Below are positions 37,287 through 48,526 of a stretch of 64,000 nucleotides of DNA, piece by piece. This DNA comes from Lepidodermella squamata. Taxonomy: Eukaryota > Animalia > Gastrotricha. Under the pieces are notes generated by a model. The model did not search any database. It was given only the letters and a program-made list of their open reading frames with translations, and was not told the origin of the DNA. Made by a program: the position numbers and the translations under genes. How positions within the stretch are numbered: the first letter of the stretch is position 1; every line of letters starts with the position of its first letter. The stretch covers positions 310,001-374,000 of the forward strand of contig JBLDXI010000006.1 of NCBI GenBank assembly GCA_047495785.1, read 5' to 3'.

Positions 37287-37466
37287 CACTGTATACACTG
37301 ATTTCAGCCTAAGTAGGTATCTCAAGCAACACAGCAGACTTCGAATTTCAGAATCTTGCGTATATCCGTCAAAGGGTTCACGTCAGTCGGAACCTCGTGG
37401 CGAGAAATTTACCCAGCCTTTTTTTTCTATCCGGAATACAACGTTTCGATTAATGATTAATGATTA

Positions 37467-38699
37467 ATGATCATTAATGATTGGCTGATAGCTTACTTAA
37501 CCAGCCGCGGTTTCAATGCAGCCAGGCCTTACTTTCTCGGAAACCAGCACGACCTCAGTGCTAAGGATATTACTGAAAGGCTGCCATACACTCTCAGCCT
37601 GACGATCATCGCAATATTGACCCTTATAGCCAACTGGGTCAATTTGGCTTCTTACGAAAAACGCGGCGTCAAACGAGACTTTTTCCTAAACTAAACGTGA
37701 TAATCGCTGTTTGCAACGTTGCGTGCCTCGTAATTTCCGCAGGCATGCATTTCATTGTTTTGCCAACCGGATTCTGGCCGCAAGGATATGATCTGTTCGA
37801 TTTCTCAGATGCTTTCGTTTTCTTTTGGCATATTCAGTTATTTCATCATGGTGCTGATCAGCTACGAACGTCGGCTATGCATTACTTCGAACAGCCCATT
37901 GTCATATTCTAGCACTAAACGGGCAAGACTTTCCTATGGTTGATACATCGGTTACAATGTTCTCCATTTAAATTTGTATACTTACAACTGGGCCTTTCCT
38001 GTTAGGCCTAACTTTAATGAGCACGCTAACGTTCTATGCTTATCGCAGCTTTAGTGCACAACTTGTTACGGTTCCAAGCTTAAACAACGGCACTGCGGCC
38101 ACTTTCTGCGCATTTTTCGGCGAAAAAGTGTCAGAAAATTTGGATACGACCATAATTTTGATGGGCTACATGTCAATTTGTCTCCATGTGGTTGTAACAG
38201 GGCTTTTCTACAACTACAGGTAAGAAGAGCAATTGTGAAATCGCCATATTTTCCAACTGGTTTCATTTCAAGGTTGATTTTCTCGAAAATACGGTCTGCG
38301 AGTAAAGTCTTCTCACATAAGCAACTAACAGGCACAGGTACAGGAAGTTCCATAGCAAAGAGGAACAAACACGCCGAAGGCTGGCGAAGCCGTGAAATGT
38401 TCTTTGTTAAGCAGTCGATAGTCTACTTCTACATTCTGGTCACTCTGAATATTCCAGTTTCGATCTGTATTATTTTCGCCATTCTATGGTCAAGCTCTGG
38501 GCTTCATCTGCTAACCGGTTGGGCCCAGCGTGCTTCTACACTTGTTATGCTCAGCAGAATGTTTATTTCACCTACGATTCTCAGTTTAATACCTGGGTTT
38601 GCTGATGACGTGATGGCTCTGATGCGAAGATGTGGGCTCAAAGGGAAAAGCAATTTAACTACGTCTCAAAGTTCGAGAAACGCAATAGAACCAACTTAA
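37467..38699 (+). pseudogene. Rhodopsin-like GPCR G6 pseudogene (paralog of G5)
   Basis: N-terminus replaced by GATTAAT slippage repeats; frameshifts near 37690 and 37790; intron-1 donor GC and acceptor lost. Confidence 0.85.
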
Positions 38700-38821
38700 T
38701 CTGATTCAATCCTTTTTAACCATACTTAGAATAATCTCGTCATATGTCGATTGATTTCAAGCTTGGCTGTTTCAATAACTCGTCGTGAATTAAGTTGACG
38801 AGGATCACACAAGGTGTTAGT

Positions 38822-39730
38822 TTATTGTTCCGAAATGGTGGTATAAACTGTTATAAGTAAAACCGTTAGAAGCTTGAAATTCACATTTCCAATTTTGCCG
38901 ACGTTTTTCGAGGCCATATTTCCCGACGAATTACCGGTGATTCTTCGATCGCATGACAAATTTGTGGGCGGTGGTTGGCGACAGGCTTCTTTTACAGACT
39001 TTAGCTCATCCAAGCTCAGAATGGCATCGTAAAACGAGAAGCATGCGATTGCATCACCACGCATCATGCTGAAAACATCACTCAGCCGAGTTTCATTCGA
39101 CTGGCGTACAGTTGTTCGGCCAATTCGAACTGAAATCAGCCCAGACGCGTTGAAATTTGTGGGCATCGAACTTCTCTCAAAGGCATTATCGTAAAAATCA
39201 AAACTGCCGATCGAAGGGTTGTAGGTCAAACTCAGAAATTGCCACTCAGGAGCGTAATAAAGCTTCTTCGTAATTTGAGCCGTAGACTGTTGTGTAGCTT
39301 TGTCGAAAAATTGAAGGTTCACCCTACCGTCACCAGGGCTGTGAATCGTAATGTAACCTGATGGCAGTTCCAGCTCAATCAAACCACTCGATTGAATTTG
39401 AGGATCTTGCATGAAGAAGTGAAATGATAACGTGAATCCAGTTTCATTCTGCTTGATATTTCGATAGGTTGCGATCGGCGAGCTGTCAGTGTCGACCGTG
39501 TAAGAAGTCGAAGGTAAGCCAAACGGACCTTTATTAGCTGTATTGAGTTGAGGACCGCCAGTTTCATCTGGTTCGAGCTTACACCGGCTATCTGTTAATT
39601 TGGACTTGTCATCAAATTGGAGGTGAAAAATCAGCGATATCAGCTGTGGCCAGTCAACGGCACCAGAAATCCTGAAACAGAATGCCAAGATACACAGGCA
39701 AAGGTAGCTTGCTTTAAGAGCCGAATTCAT
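38822..39730 (-). CDS. Single LamG/concanavalin-like domain protein, signal peptide plus probable GPI/C-terminal anchor (302 aa, intronless)
   Basis: Signal peptide; WPxxxxLIFHL, GPFG, GFTLSFHF, WQFLSLTYN, GDAIACFSFYDAILSLDEL; hydrophobic C-terminus LLTVLLITVYTTI. Confidence 0.85.
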   Translation of the reverse strand: MNSALKASYLCLCILAFCFRISGAVDWPQLISLIFHLQFDDKSKLTDSRCKLEPDETGGPQLNTANKGPFGLPSTSYTVDTDSSPIATYRNIKQNETGFTLSFHFFMQDPQIQSSGLIELELPSGYITIHSPGDGRVNLQFFDKATQQSTAQITKKLYYAPEWQFLSLTYNPSIGSFDFYDNAFERSSMPTNFNASGLISVRIGRTTVRQSNETRLSDVFSMMRGDAIACFSFYDAILSLDELKSVKEACRQPPPTNLSCDRRITGNSSGNMASKNVGKIGNVNFKLLTVLLITVYTTISEQ

Positions 39731-40416
39731 TGTTCTTGCCGCTCTACTACTCTTTTGTCAGACAGTAATTTTCATTCATACCCCTGAAAGACTGTTTTGT
39801 AAGGTGTGTTACTTCTGTTAACAAAAGGCTTGTGCGACTATAATGAATTGCATAATGATAATAATTTAATGGGAAACTTATGCGTTTTGGGTTGTTTGTA
39901 ATACGTCATTACTCGCTTCAGTGCCAAGTTGGAGCCAATTCAAATTTTCAGGCCGAGATTTTGCGCCGTTGGGATTTTCCACTTTTGCCTGTTTACGACA
40001 CCACTTTTTCAAATATTAAATCCAATTCCCATTACTCGTGTTTCTAGCTGATTATTTGGCTTGGCTCTTAACTGAAGAAGTAAATAATATCTGTTGAAAT
40101 CGAAAATTATTGACATTGCATGGAAGAAGTATAAATGCTTAAAAACAATGCATCTGTTAAACGGCCGACTCGATTGATTTAACACGTTGCTGATCAGATT
40201 TATCGAAGCGTGACGGTTTTTTAATTTAAATTTATATCGGTGTTTGCGATGTCTGATTTGTATCGAGCGAAATACCTGAAAATAGGTTTGACACTGGAAT
40301 ATCAACCAGTCTCGTCAAATAAAACTCAGTCAACATCCGAATCCGGCTTGTTGGATTGTTTTCTCAATTTCGCGCCTCAACTCCATTTGCCAAGTTTTGC
40401 CTGAGAGTGACAAAAA

Positions 40417-43400
40417 ATGTTGTTGCTTATACTTTCTTTGCTAGCCAGCCATGCTAGCTGTCAGTGGCCTAGTCGACCCAATTCCTACTACGACCACCTA
40501 GACGTATTACCCGGCCATAACCAACCATATCTAATCCGCTTGTTCAGGGGTGACACTGACATGTTCGACACGGCGAACAATACTCTAGTAAAAGCTAAGA
40601 CATCAAACGCCGCCCCCTCTGCTGGTATTGCGGTGTCAACAACGGCTGTTAGCTCATCTGCACCGATTGCCACTTACGACCTCGGAGCTGCGTTGACAAC
40701 ATTCACTCTAGCTTTCTATTATTACGCGACCTGTACGCAAGATACTGGACTGATGACGCTCAGCAGTGCGCAAAACGTCCTGTTTACGCTTACATGCAGT
40801 AGCACCCGTCTCGCAATGACATCCTGGCGAAATGGTGTGGGTTCGAGCGTGAGCTCGGGCGTTTTCGCTCAAAATCAATGGATTCTAATCGCAGTCACTC
40901 ATGACGTTCAGCGAAATGAGCTTTTCTGGGGTTTCTACGCTTCCTCAAGCCCCACACTGACGCCACTTAGCCGCCAAAATCAGGCTCTGACTTACACAGG
41001 CGCGGCCACAACTCTTTCGATCGGGTCTGGGTTTCGCAGTGATGGAACGACGCAGCTTTTCACAGAACCTGAAAAAGATCAGCTGTATTTCATGGTCATA
41101 TTCGCCGGCGTAGCTGATGAGTCTCTGCTTGCAAAAATTAACTATGCGTCTAATTGGCTCAAGTTTCCGAGATCAGTTGATAAAAATTTCTATTTACTAC
41201 CACAACCGACCGATCTTGTTTTGCATATGCCAATGAGAAGTCCGAGTGATAGCGTCTACCAAAAATACCGTACAGACATGTTTCGAAAAATATCCCGGGA
41301 TTCATCATGCCAAACTACCGATAAATTCGGCCCGACTGGTCTGGGGTCGATTTCGCCCACCGCCGATGGCCAGCCAGTTAGATACATGACAGATATGCCT
41401 AGTTTAACCAATTTTACGATTGCATTCTTCTTCAAAAGCCAGTGCGATGTGAAAACTGGTGTCTTCGACTACGTTGGGCTGATCTCAATGATTTGCGACC
41501 CTGAAAACGGAATTGTTTCGACTACACCAAATCTCAAAATTCCTTATTTGATTCGAAATCAATGGGCATTTTTCGCAGTTGTAATAGATAGCAGCAACGG
41601 GGTCTATAGTACTTATCACCAGAAAATGACTTCAGATGACGTAGCATTGGGCTCAACAGGCTCAGCCAGCGTTGTGGCATCTGGCAATTACTACAAGACT
41701 CTCACTTTGTTTATGGGCCAAAGCAATGGCGCTTGGTTTGCAGCTCAGACCACTGACAGCATTGCTTGCATGACAGTTTACAGAACTGCTCTAACCGCCA
41801 TTGAGCTTCTTAGCGTTGCCTATTCGTGTGGAAAACCACCACCTCGATCTCCACTGTTACCGGATTCCTTCGAATTGATGCCGAGACTGGCTAATCTCGT
41901 GCTATACTTCCCGGCCGGGCCTCGATCGGAATTCGCGGTTTTCGACAGGTTTGGGGGCACCACTTTTCACCTCGAGAAGCGGGAAGCGATAACGAAAGAA
42001 TTTGGGCCTTATGGCGGGGGTTCCTTCACGCAAGATGGCCATGGTCCCGTAATTTATGACGTACCTGTCGCGACCGCTTTCACCTTATCATTCTTCTACT
42101 GGGGTGGTTGTATCGAAAGCACCGGAATTCTGTGGTTTACCTACCTTGGAGTACACTGTTCGAAAGATCATATTATCTTTAGCAATTACGGTAACGAACC
42201 TCTGAAGGATCAGATACCCTACCCGGGCCAATCAACATGGAATTTGTTTGCCTTTTCTTACGATAACACATCGAAGACGCTATCGGCTTATGCTATAAAT
42301 GCTTCAGAAGACACTCCGCGTTTAATTGGAAAACTTGAGAATCTTGCCCTGATTCCGCAAGATTTCAAAGACATTGATCAGCTGGAAATCGGTGGTGCTC
42401 AGTTGGGCAAAGTTTGGTCTGGATTAAATTCTACATACCACCGCATGTCATGTGTCAGCTATCACTCGGCTCTTCTCAGCCCAAATGAAATCTCTTCATT
42501 AGCTGACGTTTGTGGCAAGAAATCCAGGAAACGAACAGCACCGCCATCATTTGACTTACTGAACCAAAAGCCAGCTCTGGTTTTTCATGCACCGTTAACA
42601 TCTGAGAGTGGAACCGATTTTTTCGATAAGTTTGGGGCGAAGCTTGATTCGCATAACATTGGCGGGGTTGGAATAGTTCCTGGAGGACCGTATAATCTTG
42701 GAGCGATGAAATCACCCAGCTCTGGCCGATGGGTCTTCTCGCTGACTCCCATTTCAGCATCCTTCTCAGTCGCATTTTACCTTAAATCTAACTGTCTCGA
42801 AACATGCGGCATACTTCTGACAGAAACATTTTCTCTCACCTATAGAAAAGACGTTGGTATTGAAATTCGAGTTCGAGACCTGCAGAAAAAGATGTCCCTA
42901 GTGGCAGGAGCAGTCCATTACAAACCAAATCATTGGCAGTTCATCGCGATTACCTATGATTGGTCAGCACGCCTTCTTAGGAGCTTCGTATCTTACGATG
43001 ACAGCCAAACACTGGAGGTCAACCTTTTCGTAGGAAACGTCACCGTTGAATGGTCGGATAAGCTTGGAGTTCATGTGGTGAAATTAGGCTCGGGGTTTGA
43101 TGGCAGCAACGAAATTGCTATGGGTACAACTCAAGAAATATCTTGCGTGACTTTCTACTCGATTGCTTTGCCAGACAAGGAAATTGAAGCATTGCCTTAC
43201 GTTTGCGGCAAGAAGTACCCTGAACCATCTTATCTACCACCTAAATTCGATGGTATGCCGAAGAAACAGGATTTAGTGCTCTACTCGCCGCTGACCAAAA
43301 GTTCTAAGCTGAGTGTTCTCGATAAATTTGGTACTGATTTGTTCGAAGTGACAGCTGGATCAGGGCTCGAGAAAATGCCTGGACCTTTCGGACTAGGTTC

Positions 43401-45183
43401 ATTTTCAACAAAGGACGGCCCAATATCGACTATCGACGGCTTACCAACGTTTGACTCGTTCACTGTGTCATTTTACTACTCTGGGAAGTGTTCAGCTGGT
43501 CACTCCGGCATCTTGACAACAGGAATTTTCAGTGTTTATTGCTATCAAAAGCAAATTTTTGCTAGTGGCTGGAAGGAGTCGGCTGGAGCCAACTTCCATC
43601 CGTCAGAGCCAATTGATTACAGCCCACTGGGAACATGGACCTTTTTTGCCTTCACTTATGACGCTAGTTCCACAGCACTGAAAGGCTACATCAAACAAGC
43701 TGAGTTGAAAGAGGTTGTTTCCATGAAGCAATTCATTGTCGAAAGTCGATCTTATCTTGGCTATCAGAGTTTGCAGTTGGGTGTTTACTTCGAATCTTAT
43801 TTTCTTGACGATGGCGACGAACTAGCGTGTGTTAGCCTGCATTCAAGCGTTCTATCAGTCGATGAAGTGAGAGCTTTAGCTGAGATATGCGGGGAAACTC
43901 CTACAACTACAACTTCTATTCAAACGCCAACAACCGCAGTGGTTAGTTTAACAGAGGTTGCTGTTTCGAAACCTTATGTGGGGAAAGCGATGCGCTCGTT
44001 GATCGCCCCGGACGGATCTATGAAAGTTGGAACAAATCAATCATATCAGAGTTTCCTTCCTAGCATGGATGGACAGGGCATTCAACCGGCTAGGAAACCT
44101 ATCGAGACCATGGAGAATATCCTGAAAAGATGCGATCATTTCGAAAGTTCGCGATTCGTCCCAGTGCAAATCGATGAATTGAAGCCAAATGTCATCAATC
44201 TAACATTCGCCGTCCCGAGCCTAATGGAGCTTTCGAGTATTGAAGACACGATTTCAGTCAGCGGAGTAATTCTATTGACCTGGTCTGTTGGGACGTGCCC
44301 GAAAAACACTACAGACGTAATCAGCTCTCGGCCCAAAGAACAAATCTACGTCGGCCGGCCTGAAATTATGTGGCTACCAACTCTCCGTTTCATAAACAGC
44401 GCTCAGTCGAATATTTATATGAAAAACGTAGCGATCGGGGATGATTTTCTGGTAACTATGGATGGCGTTGGCTCTGAGAACAGACCAAACAAAACATTCA
44501 ATTTTTACTGGACCAGGGAGGGCAAGTTCACGGCTGACTGCACCCAATTCATGCAGGATTTCCCTTTCGATACGCAAAGTTGCTACTTCGAGTTCAGCCT
44601 TCAAAGGTCCAACAAAGTCCTGACATTCCACGACCCGCCAGCTTTCTTTTGGGACTTATATGCCGCTGACAATTCTGTCTGGATCGTAAAGGATTATGCA
44701 TCGCGATTATCCTGGGCTCCATTCAATGGTTTCAACGTAACAACTGCTGTTTTTGAAGTGACGTTCAAACGAGTTCCGAATTTTTACATTGGCAATTTCT
44801 TCATGCCTGCCGCGATTCTCGGCGGGTTAGATCTCGCAACATTTTTCATGGCCCCAGCGATGCCTGAGCGACCTGCGTTTACAGTGACCATCTTACTGGC
44901 AATGGCTGTTTCGCAAACCGAGGTGGTCAGCCAGGCGCCGAATACGGATAGCACTATCCTTAGTGACTACGTCCAACGGATGGCGTGGTTCTCCACTGGG
45001 ATAACTCTGTATCAGCTCATCACGCTTTGGCTTGCTTGTTCGTATTTCGTCAAGGGAAAGCGTGAGATGAAACACTTTTTCGGCGGGAAAATCGGAATTC
45101 TTCGGATTTTAGACATTTTCGCATTCTTGGCCGCTGGGGCTTTCTTCGGTCACGCCAACTGGTATGTCCTGCGTAAAATTTGA
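40417..45183 (+). CDS. Cys-loop (pentameric) ligand-gated ion channel subunit, nAChR-like non-alpha, with five N-terminal LamG/concanavalin-like repeats (1588 aa, single exon)
   Basis: Signal peptide; five repeats of about 220-235 aa; Thr-rich linker; channel ECD with RFVPV, LLTW, MWLPTLRFINS and Cys-loop CTQFMQDFPFDTQSC (C-x13-C, 44539-44583); M1 RVPNFYIGNFFMP, M2 PERPAFTVTILLAMAVSQ, M3, short loop, M4 LRILDIFAF. Confidence 0.9.
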   Translation: MLLLILSLLASHASCQWPSRPNSYYDHLDVLPGHNQPYLIRLFRGDTDMFDTANNTLVKAKTSNAAPSAGIAVSTTAVSSSAPIATYDLGAALTTFTLAFYYYATCTQDTGLMTLSSAQNVLFTLTCSSTRLAMTSWRNGVGSSVSSGVFAQNQWILIAVTHDVQRNELFWGFYASSSPTLTPLSRQNQALTYTGAATTLSIGSGFRSDGTTQLFTEPEKDQLYFMVIFAGVADESLLAKINYASNWLKFPRSVDKNFYLLPQPTDLVLHMPMRSPSDSVYQKYRTDMFRKISRDSSCQTTDKFGPTGLGSISPTADGQPVRYMTDMPSLTNFTIAFFFKSQCDVKTGVFDYVGLISMICDPENGIVSTTPNLKIPYLIRNQWAFFAVVIDSSNGVYSTYHQKMTSDDVALGSTGSASVVASGNYYKTLTLFMGQSNGAWFAAQTTDSIACMTVYRTALTAIELLSVAYSCGKPPPRSPLLPDSFELMPRLANLVLYFPAGPRSEFAVFDRFGGTTFHLEKREAITKEFGPYGGGSFTQDGHGPVIYDVPVATAFTLSFFYWGGCIESTGILWFTYLGVHCSKDHIIFSNYGNEPLKDQIPYPGQSTWNLFAFSYDNTSKTLSAYAINASEDTPRLIGKLENLALIPQDFKDIDQLEIGGAQLGKVWSGLNSTYHRMSCVSYHSALLSPNEISSLADVCGKKSRKRTAPPSFDLLNQKPALVFHAPLTSESGTDFFDKFGAKLDSHNIGGVGIVPGGPYNLGAMKSPSSGRWVFSLTPISASFSVAFYLKSNCLETCGILLTETFSLTYRKDVGIEIRVRDLQKKMSLVAGAVHYKPNHWQFIAITYDWSARLLRSFVSYDDSQTLEVNLFVGNVTVEWSDKLGVHVVKLGSGFDGSNEIAMGTTQEISCVTFYSIALPDKEIEALPYVCGKKYPEPSYLPPKFDGMPKKQDLVLYSPLTKSSKLSVLDKFGTDLFEVTAGSGLEKMPGPFGLGSFSTKDGPISTIDGLPTFDSFTVSFYYSGKCSAGHSGILTTGIFSVYCYQKQIFASGWKESAGANFHPSEPIDYSPLGTWTFFAFTYDASSTALKGYIKQAELKEVVSMKQFIVESRSYLGYQSLQLGVYFESYFLDDGDELACVSLHSSVLSVDEVRALAEICGETPTTTTSIQTPTTAVVSLTEVAVSKPYVGKAMRSLIAPDGSMKVGTNQSYQSFLPSMDGQGIQPARKPIETMENILKRCDHFESSRFVPVQIDELKPNVINLTFAVPSLMELSSIEDTISVSGVILLTWSVGTCPKNTTDVISSRPKEQIYVGRPEIMWLPTLRFINSAQSNIYMKNVAIGDDFLVTMDGVGSENRPNKTFNFYWTREGKFTADCTQFMQDFPFDTQSCYFEFSLQRSNKVLTFHDPPAFFWDLYAADNSVWIVKDYASRLSWAPFNGFNVTTAVFEVTFKRVPNFYIGNFFMPAAILGGLDLATFFMAPAMPERPAFTVTILLAMAVSQTEVVSQAPNTDSTILSDYVQRMAWFSTGITLYQLITLWLACSYFVKGKREMKHFFGGKIGILRILDIFAFLAAGAFFGHANWYVLRKI

Positions 45184-45601
45184 TTTCTACTTGAAGGAAC
45201 TCTTCATTTGATGTATATTTATCAGCATTCCAACTATAATTTTCAATTTTCGCTGTGAGCTCCACTATAAAGTGTCAAATGTTCATATTCCCCTTATCGG
45301 GATTTTGCTGAAGTTTGTTTAGCATAATCTGTATTCGGTAATCTCGTCCTATACTTCAGAAACTCTCTCGAAATAATGTTTTCTATTCGACTTTTACTAT
45401 TCTCCTCGGCGTCAAAGCTTTGATGTAAATAAATGCAATTATTTATCCGCGGGGACGACATTTTTATGAATTTATTTCCATCGATTAATTATGATCAACA
45501 AATACGATTAAAATACGCATACTGAAATAATTTAGTTCATGAGTTTCATAAGCTATGGAGAAAGCCTAAGCAAAATAAGGAGATGATCGACTTAAACAGA
45601 A

Positions 45602-46918
45602 CTATTGATGAAATGGTGAATTTGAGCGGAATTCAATCCTAGAATTCGGAGTCATCGGGGCTTTGCGAGTCATCGCAGGAGATGGAACTGATAACTGGCT
45701 TTCTACATTCACCCGAGTTTCGAAAATCTGCTTTCGCCGATAGCGTTTGACAAAATGTATAGCATCTTTCATGAAACCAGGTCGAAGACTAAGAATCAGC
45801 GGCGTGGTAGTCACCTGAGATAACATGATCAAGCACGAGAATTTACGCATCCATGGGGCTTCGAATTTTGGCGCAATTTCGTTATAGAAAATCAACAGGA
45901 ATAGCTCAAGTGTGATTGGAATGTGAAAGATGACGAAAAATATGAATGAACCTATCGATTGGTAGACGAAGAACATCTCCCGCTTCTGCCAGTCTGCTCT
46001 CAATTGCATTGCGGCACTGCGATGAGAAGAGGTCGCAGATGCCATTTTCTCTTTTGCTGAGCGCAGCGTTGAAAAAATCAACCTGAAAAAATAGTTATTA
46101 GAAATAACTGGATGAAACGCAAAAGGTTCCCTCTAACCAATAATTGTAAACTAATCCGGCTTCAACCACGGTAATACTGGAACCTAGGAAGATTGTTTGT
46201 AATACAAGTGTATCCACTTCGCCAATTAGGCGGTAGCCGAATACAGAGCAAAACGCCTTCGCCGTTCCATTGTCTAATCCAGGAATACTAACCATCTGTA
46301 CGCTGAAGCTTTGAAATGGAAAAATTGCCAAAGTTGACCAAATGGCACCGCAGAGCAGGAAAACCCCCAAAACAAGTATGAGAATCTGAATAAAAGGTTT
46401 ATAGGTCCATGGAATATTTCAGATTTCACGAAAACTTACTCGTTTGGTGTTGTTATTTGAATGCGGGTTAGTTGAAAGGATGCAGATTCGCCTCTCGTAG
46501 CTGATCAGGAGCATGTCGAAAAAACTGACATTTCCAAACGTGAAAGTCATCCAGAAGAGCGTTGCGCAGGTGTAATTATCTGACTCCCAAAGTCCTGTTC
46601 CTAAATTCAGCATTGCCGCAATGAAAATGGCAGGCAGAAGAAGAAATTGCTGAGGCCAAGCAGGGCGTTCAGTATAATGAAATCGCGCTTAACTTTGCGT
46701 TTGCAGTAATATTTGATGTTGATAAAGTTAGTTATTGCCATTAGAACAAGCAATGACCCGAGAAGTCCGACAAAAACTGAGCGTTGATCGATTGACGTTG
46801 CGCTCAGGTCGTGAATGTAGCCAATGAAGTAAGGCCTAGGTTCGTCGTAACCTCTGCCTGGGATCTTAGCCATGATCCAAACACCATCATAACCATTTGT
46901 TCGCAGTGACGAATTCAT
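45602..46918 (-). pseudogene. Rhodopsin-like GPCR G7 (close paralog of G1) with a single 1-nt frameshift; could be an intact gene with a sequencing error
   Basis: Otherwise intact three-exon structure; CCA TTT TC ATT at about 46620-46630 vs CCA TTT TTT CTT in G1 (one T missing in a T run). Confidence 0.65.
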
Positions 46919-47908
46919 TTTAAGCTTTGTTACTATCAGGTTTTTGAGATTATTAGGATTTGATTCGGAATCTGAATGGATGAAACCTGAATGCTGACGG
47001 TATACGCCGCCTCCCCTGATAAAAGCTTCCTGCCATTGTCAGTGTTTCTGAAAGCTGAGAGTAAAGGATACTAAAATCTTAAGGAGGGTTTGCTCAAACT
47101 AACGTTGTCATGCTTGCTGATAGACATATGGCTTCTAACTGTCATGGTAGAAATTCGAATCCTTAAAAGATACTTAGTTACCTGTGATGCGCGTATTAAT
47201 TACGTTCCAATTGAAGAATGTATATGTCGAGGAAACTCATCGCCTATCATCATCGGGAAATCTTCCTTCCTTGTGGCTGTTCAACTTCCGCGTCATGTCC
47301 AATGTTATGCAGGTCAGATACGTATAGAAATCATTAGCTAAGCTTGCTCCATTAGCCCAACAATTATTTGCGAACTTTGCACTTACGTCACTCATATGAT
47401 GAAAAGTACTATTTCCTAAAGTTCATTAGCGAAATTCGAATCTTATCATAGCTCAGCTTCGCGTTTTAATTAGAGCCTTCAATAACACCAAAGAATACTT
47501 TTGTCCGCGTGATCACGGGAAAGGAGATCAGTTCACTTGCCCTAGTTACCTTAGCCCACTTGAAAAACCTCTTGTCATTTTATGTTGTCACTTTTTTGTG
47601 TAGATTAATCGCCTATCTCCGTGCCATGAGTTCGAAGAGGGCTTCGAAAATTCAACTTGATGCCGTGAAAACAGTGCTAGCCGGCAGCCGGAGAATTCAA
47701 AACCCCTGCAATCGGTTCGGGGACCTTAAAAAACTTTACACATAAAGTTACATTTTCGATCCACTAGGTAAGCATACGGTGGTAGTCTTGGAAATTGAAC
47801 TTCTGGCCACACACAAAACGTTTTATTTATACATACAAATGACAAATGAATACAAGGAATCAAATAAAATCAAGAATCAGGAAATCAAACCAAGGATATA
47901 TTGGTAGA

Positions 47909-47955
47909 TAGCACGATGGATATATCGGCCAGAAGGACGAATATCCATCGTGCTA
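47909..47955. repeat. Short perfect inverted repeat (15-bp arms)
   Basis: tagcacgatggatat ... atatccatcgtgcta. Confidence 0.75.
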
Positions 47956-48133
47956 ATATCCACCTATGACACCTTGATATGGTTGTATCCGGCGTCAAAA
48001 ATCATCAAATCCGGATAACATTCACCAGTTTGATGGAAAATCTGCCTTGCTTACTTATTGTGATACGTTATATAGGGTTCACTTAGCAACAATCTCTATC
48101 GAAAGTTGGAAGTTCTTTGTGGCATTAACGAAT

Positions 48134-48526
48134 TTACAGCGTGGCGTAACCGCCGAGTAGAATCGAACCAGAGATAAGAGCAGCTATAGTACCGAAATTC
48201 GCCGGGGCGCTGTTGCAAAGATCAGTGTCGCACCAGCAAATAGTTATTGTGGCACCACCTTCAACTTTGGTGGTGCATGTCATTTCAAGGCCAGAGTTAG
48301 TGGAGTAGCATGCCTTAGAGACGCCTTTGACACCGCCATACTCAGCGACCCCTTTATTGCACACTGAGCAGTTGTCAACCTTGACATGTCGTTACTGCTG
48401 TCACCCTCGTAACACTCGATAGCAACTAAAATTAAGCATCAATTCTGATATTATTTCTTGAGACTTCTTACGTGAACCAGGAACTAGGACGAAGAGTACA
48501 ACGGCGAGAAGGGGCATGCGAGACAT
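48134..48526 (-). pseudogene. Ly6 gene L7, frameshifted (exons 48526-48472, 48425-48134)
   Basis: Close paralog of L8; 4-nt deletion at about 48387 (GAC ATG TC vs GAC AAG TAT GTC) breaks the frame after the first Cys. Confidence 0.8.
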
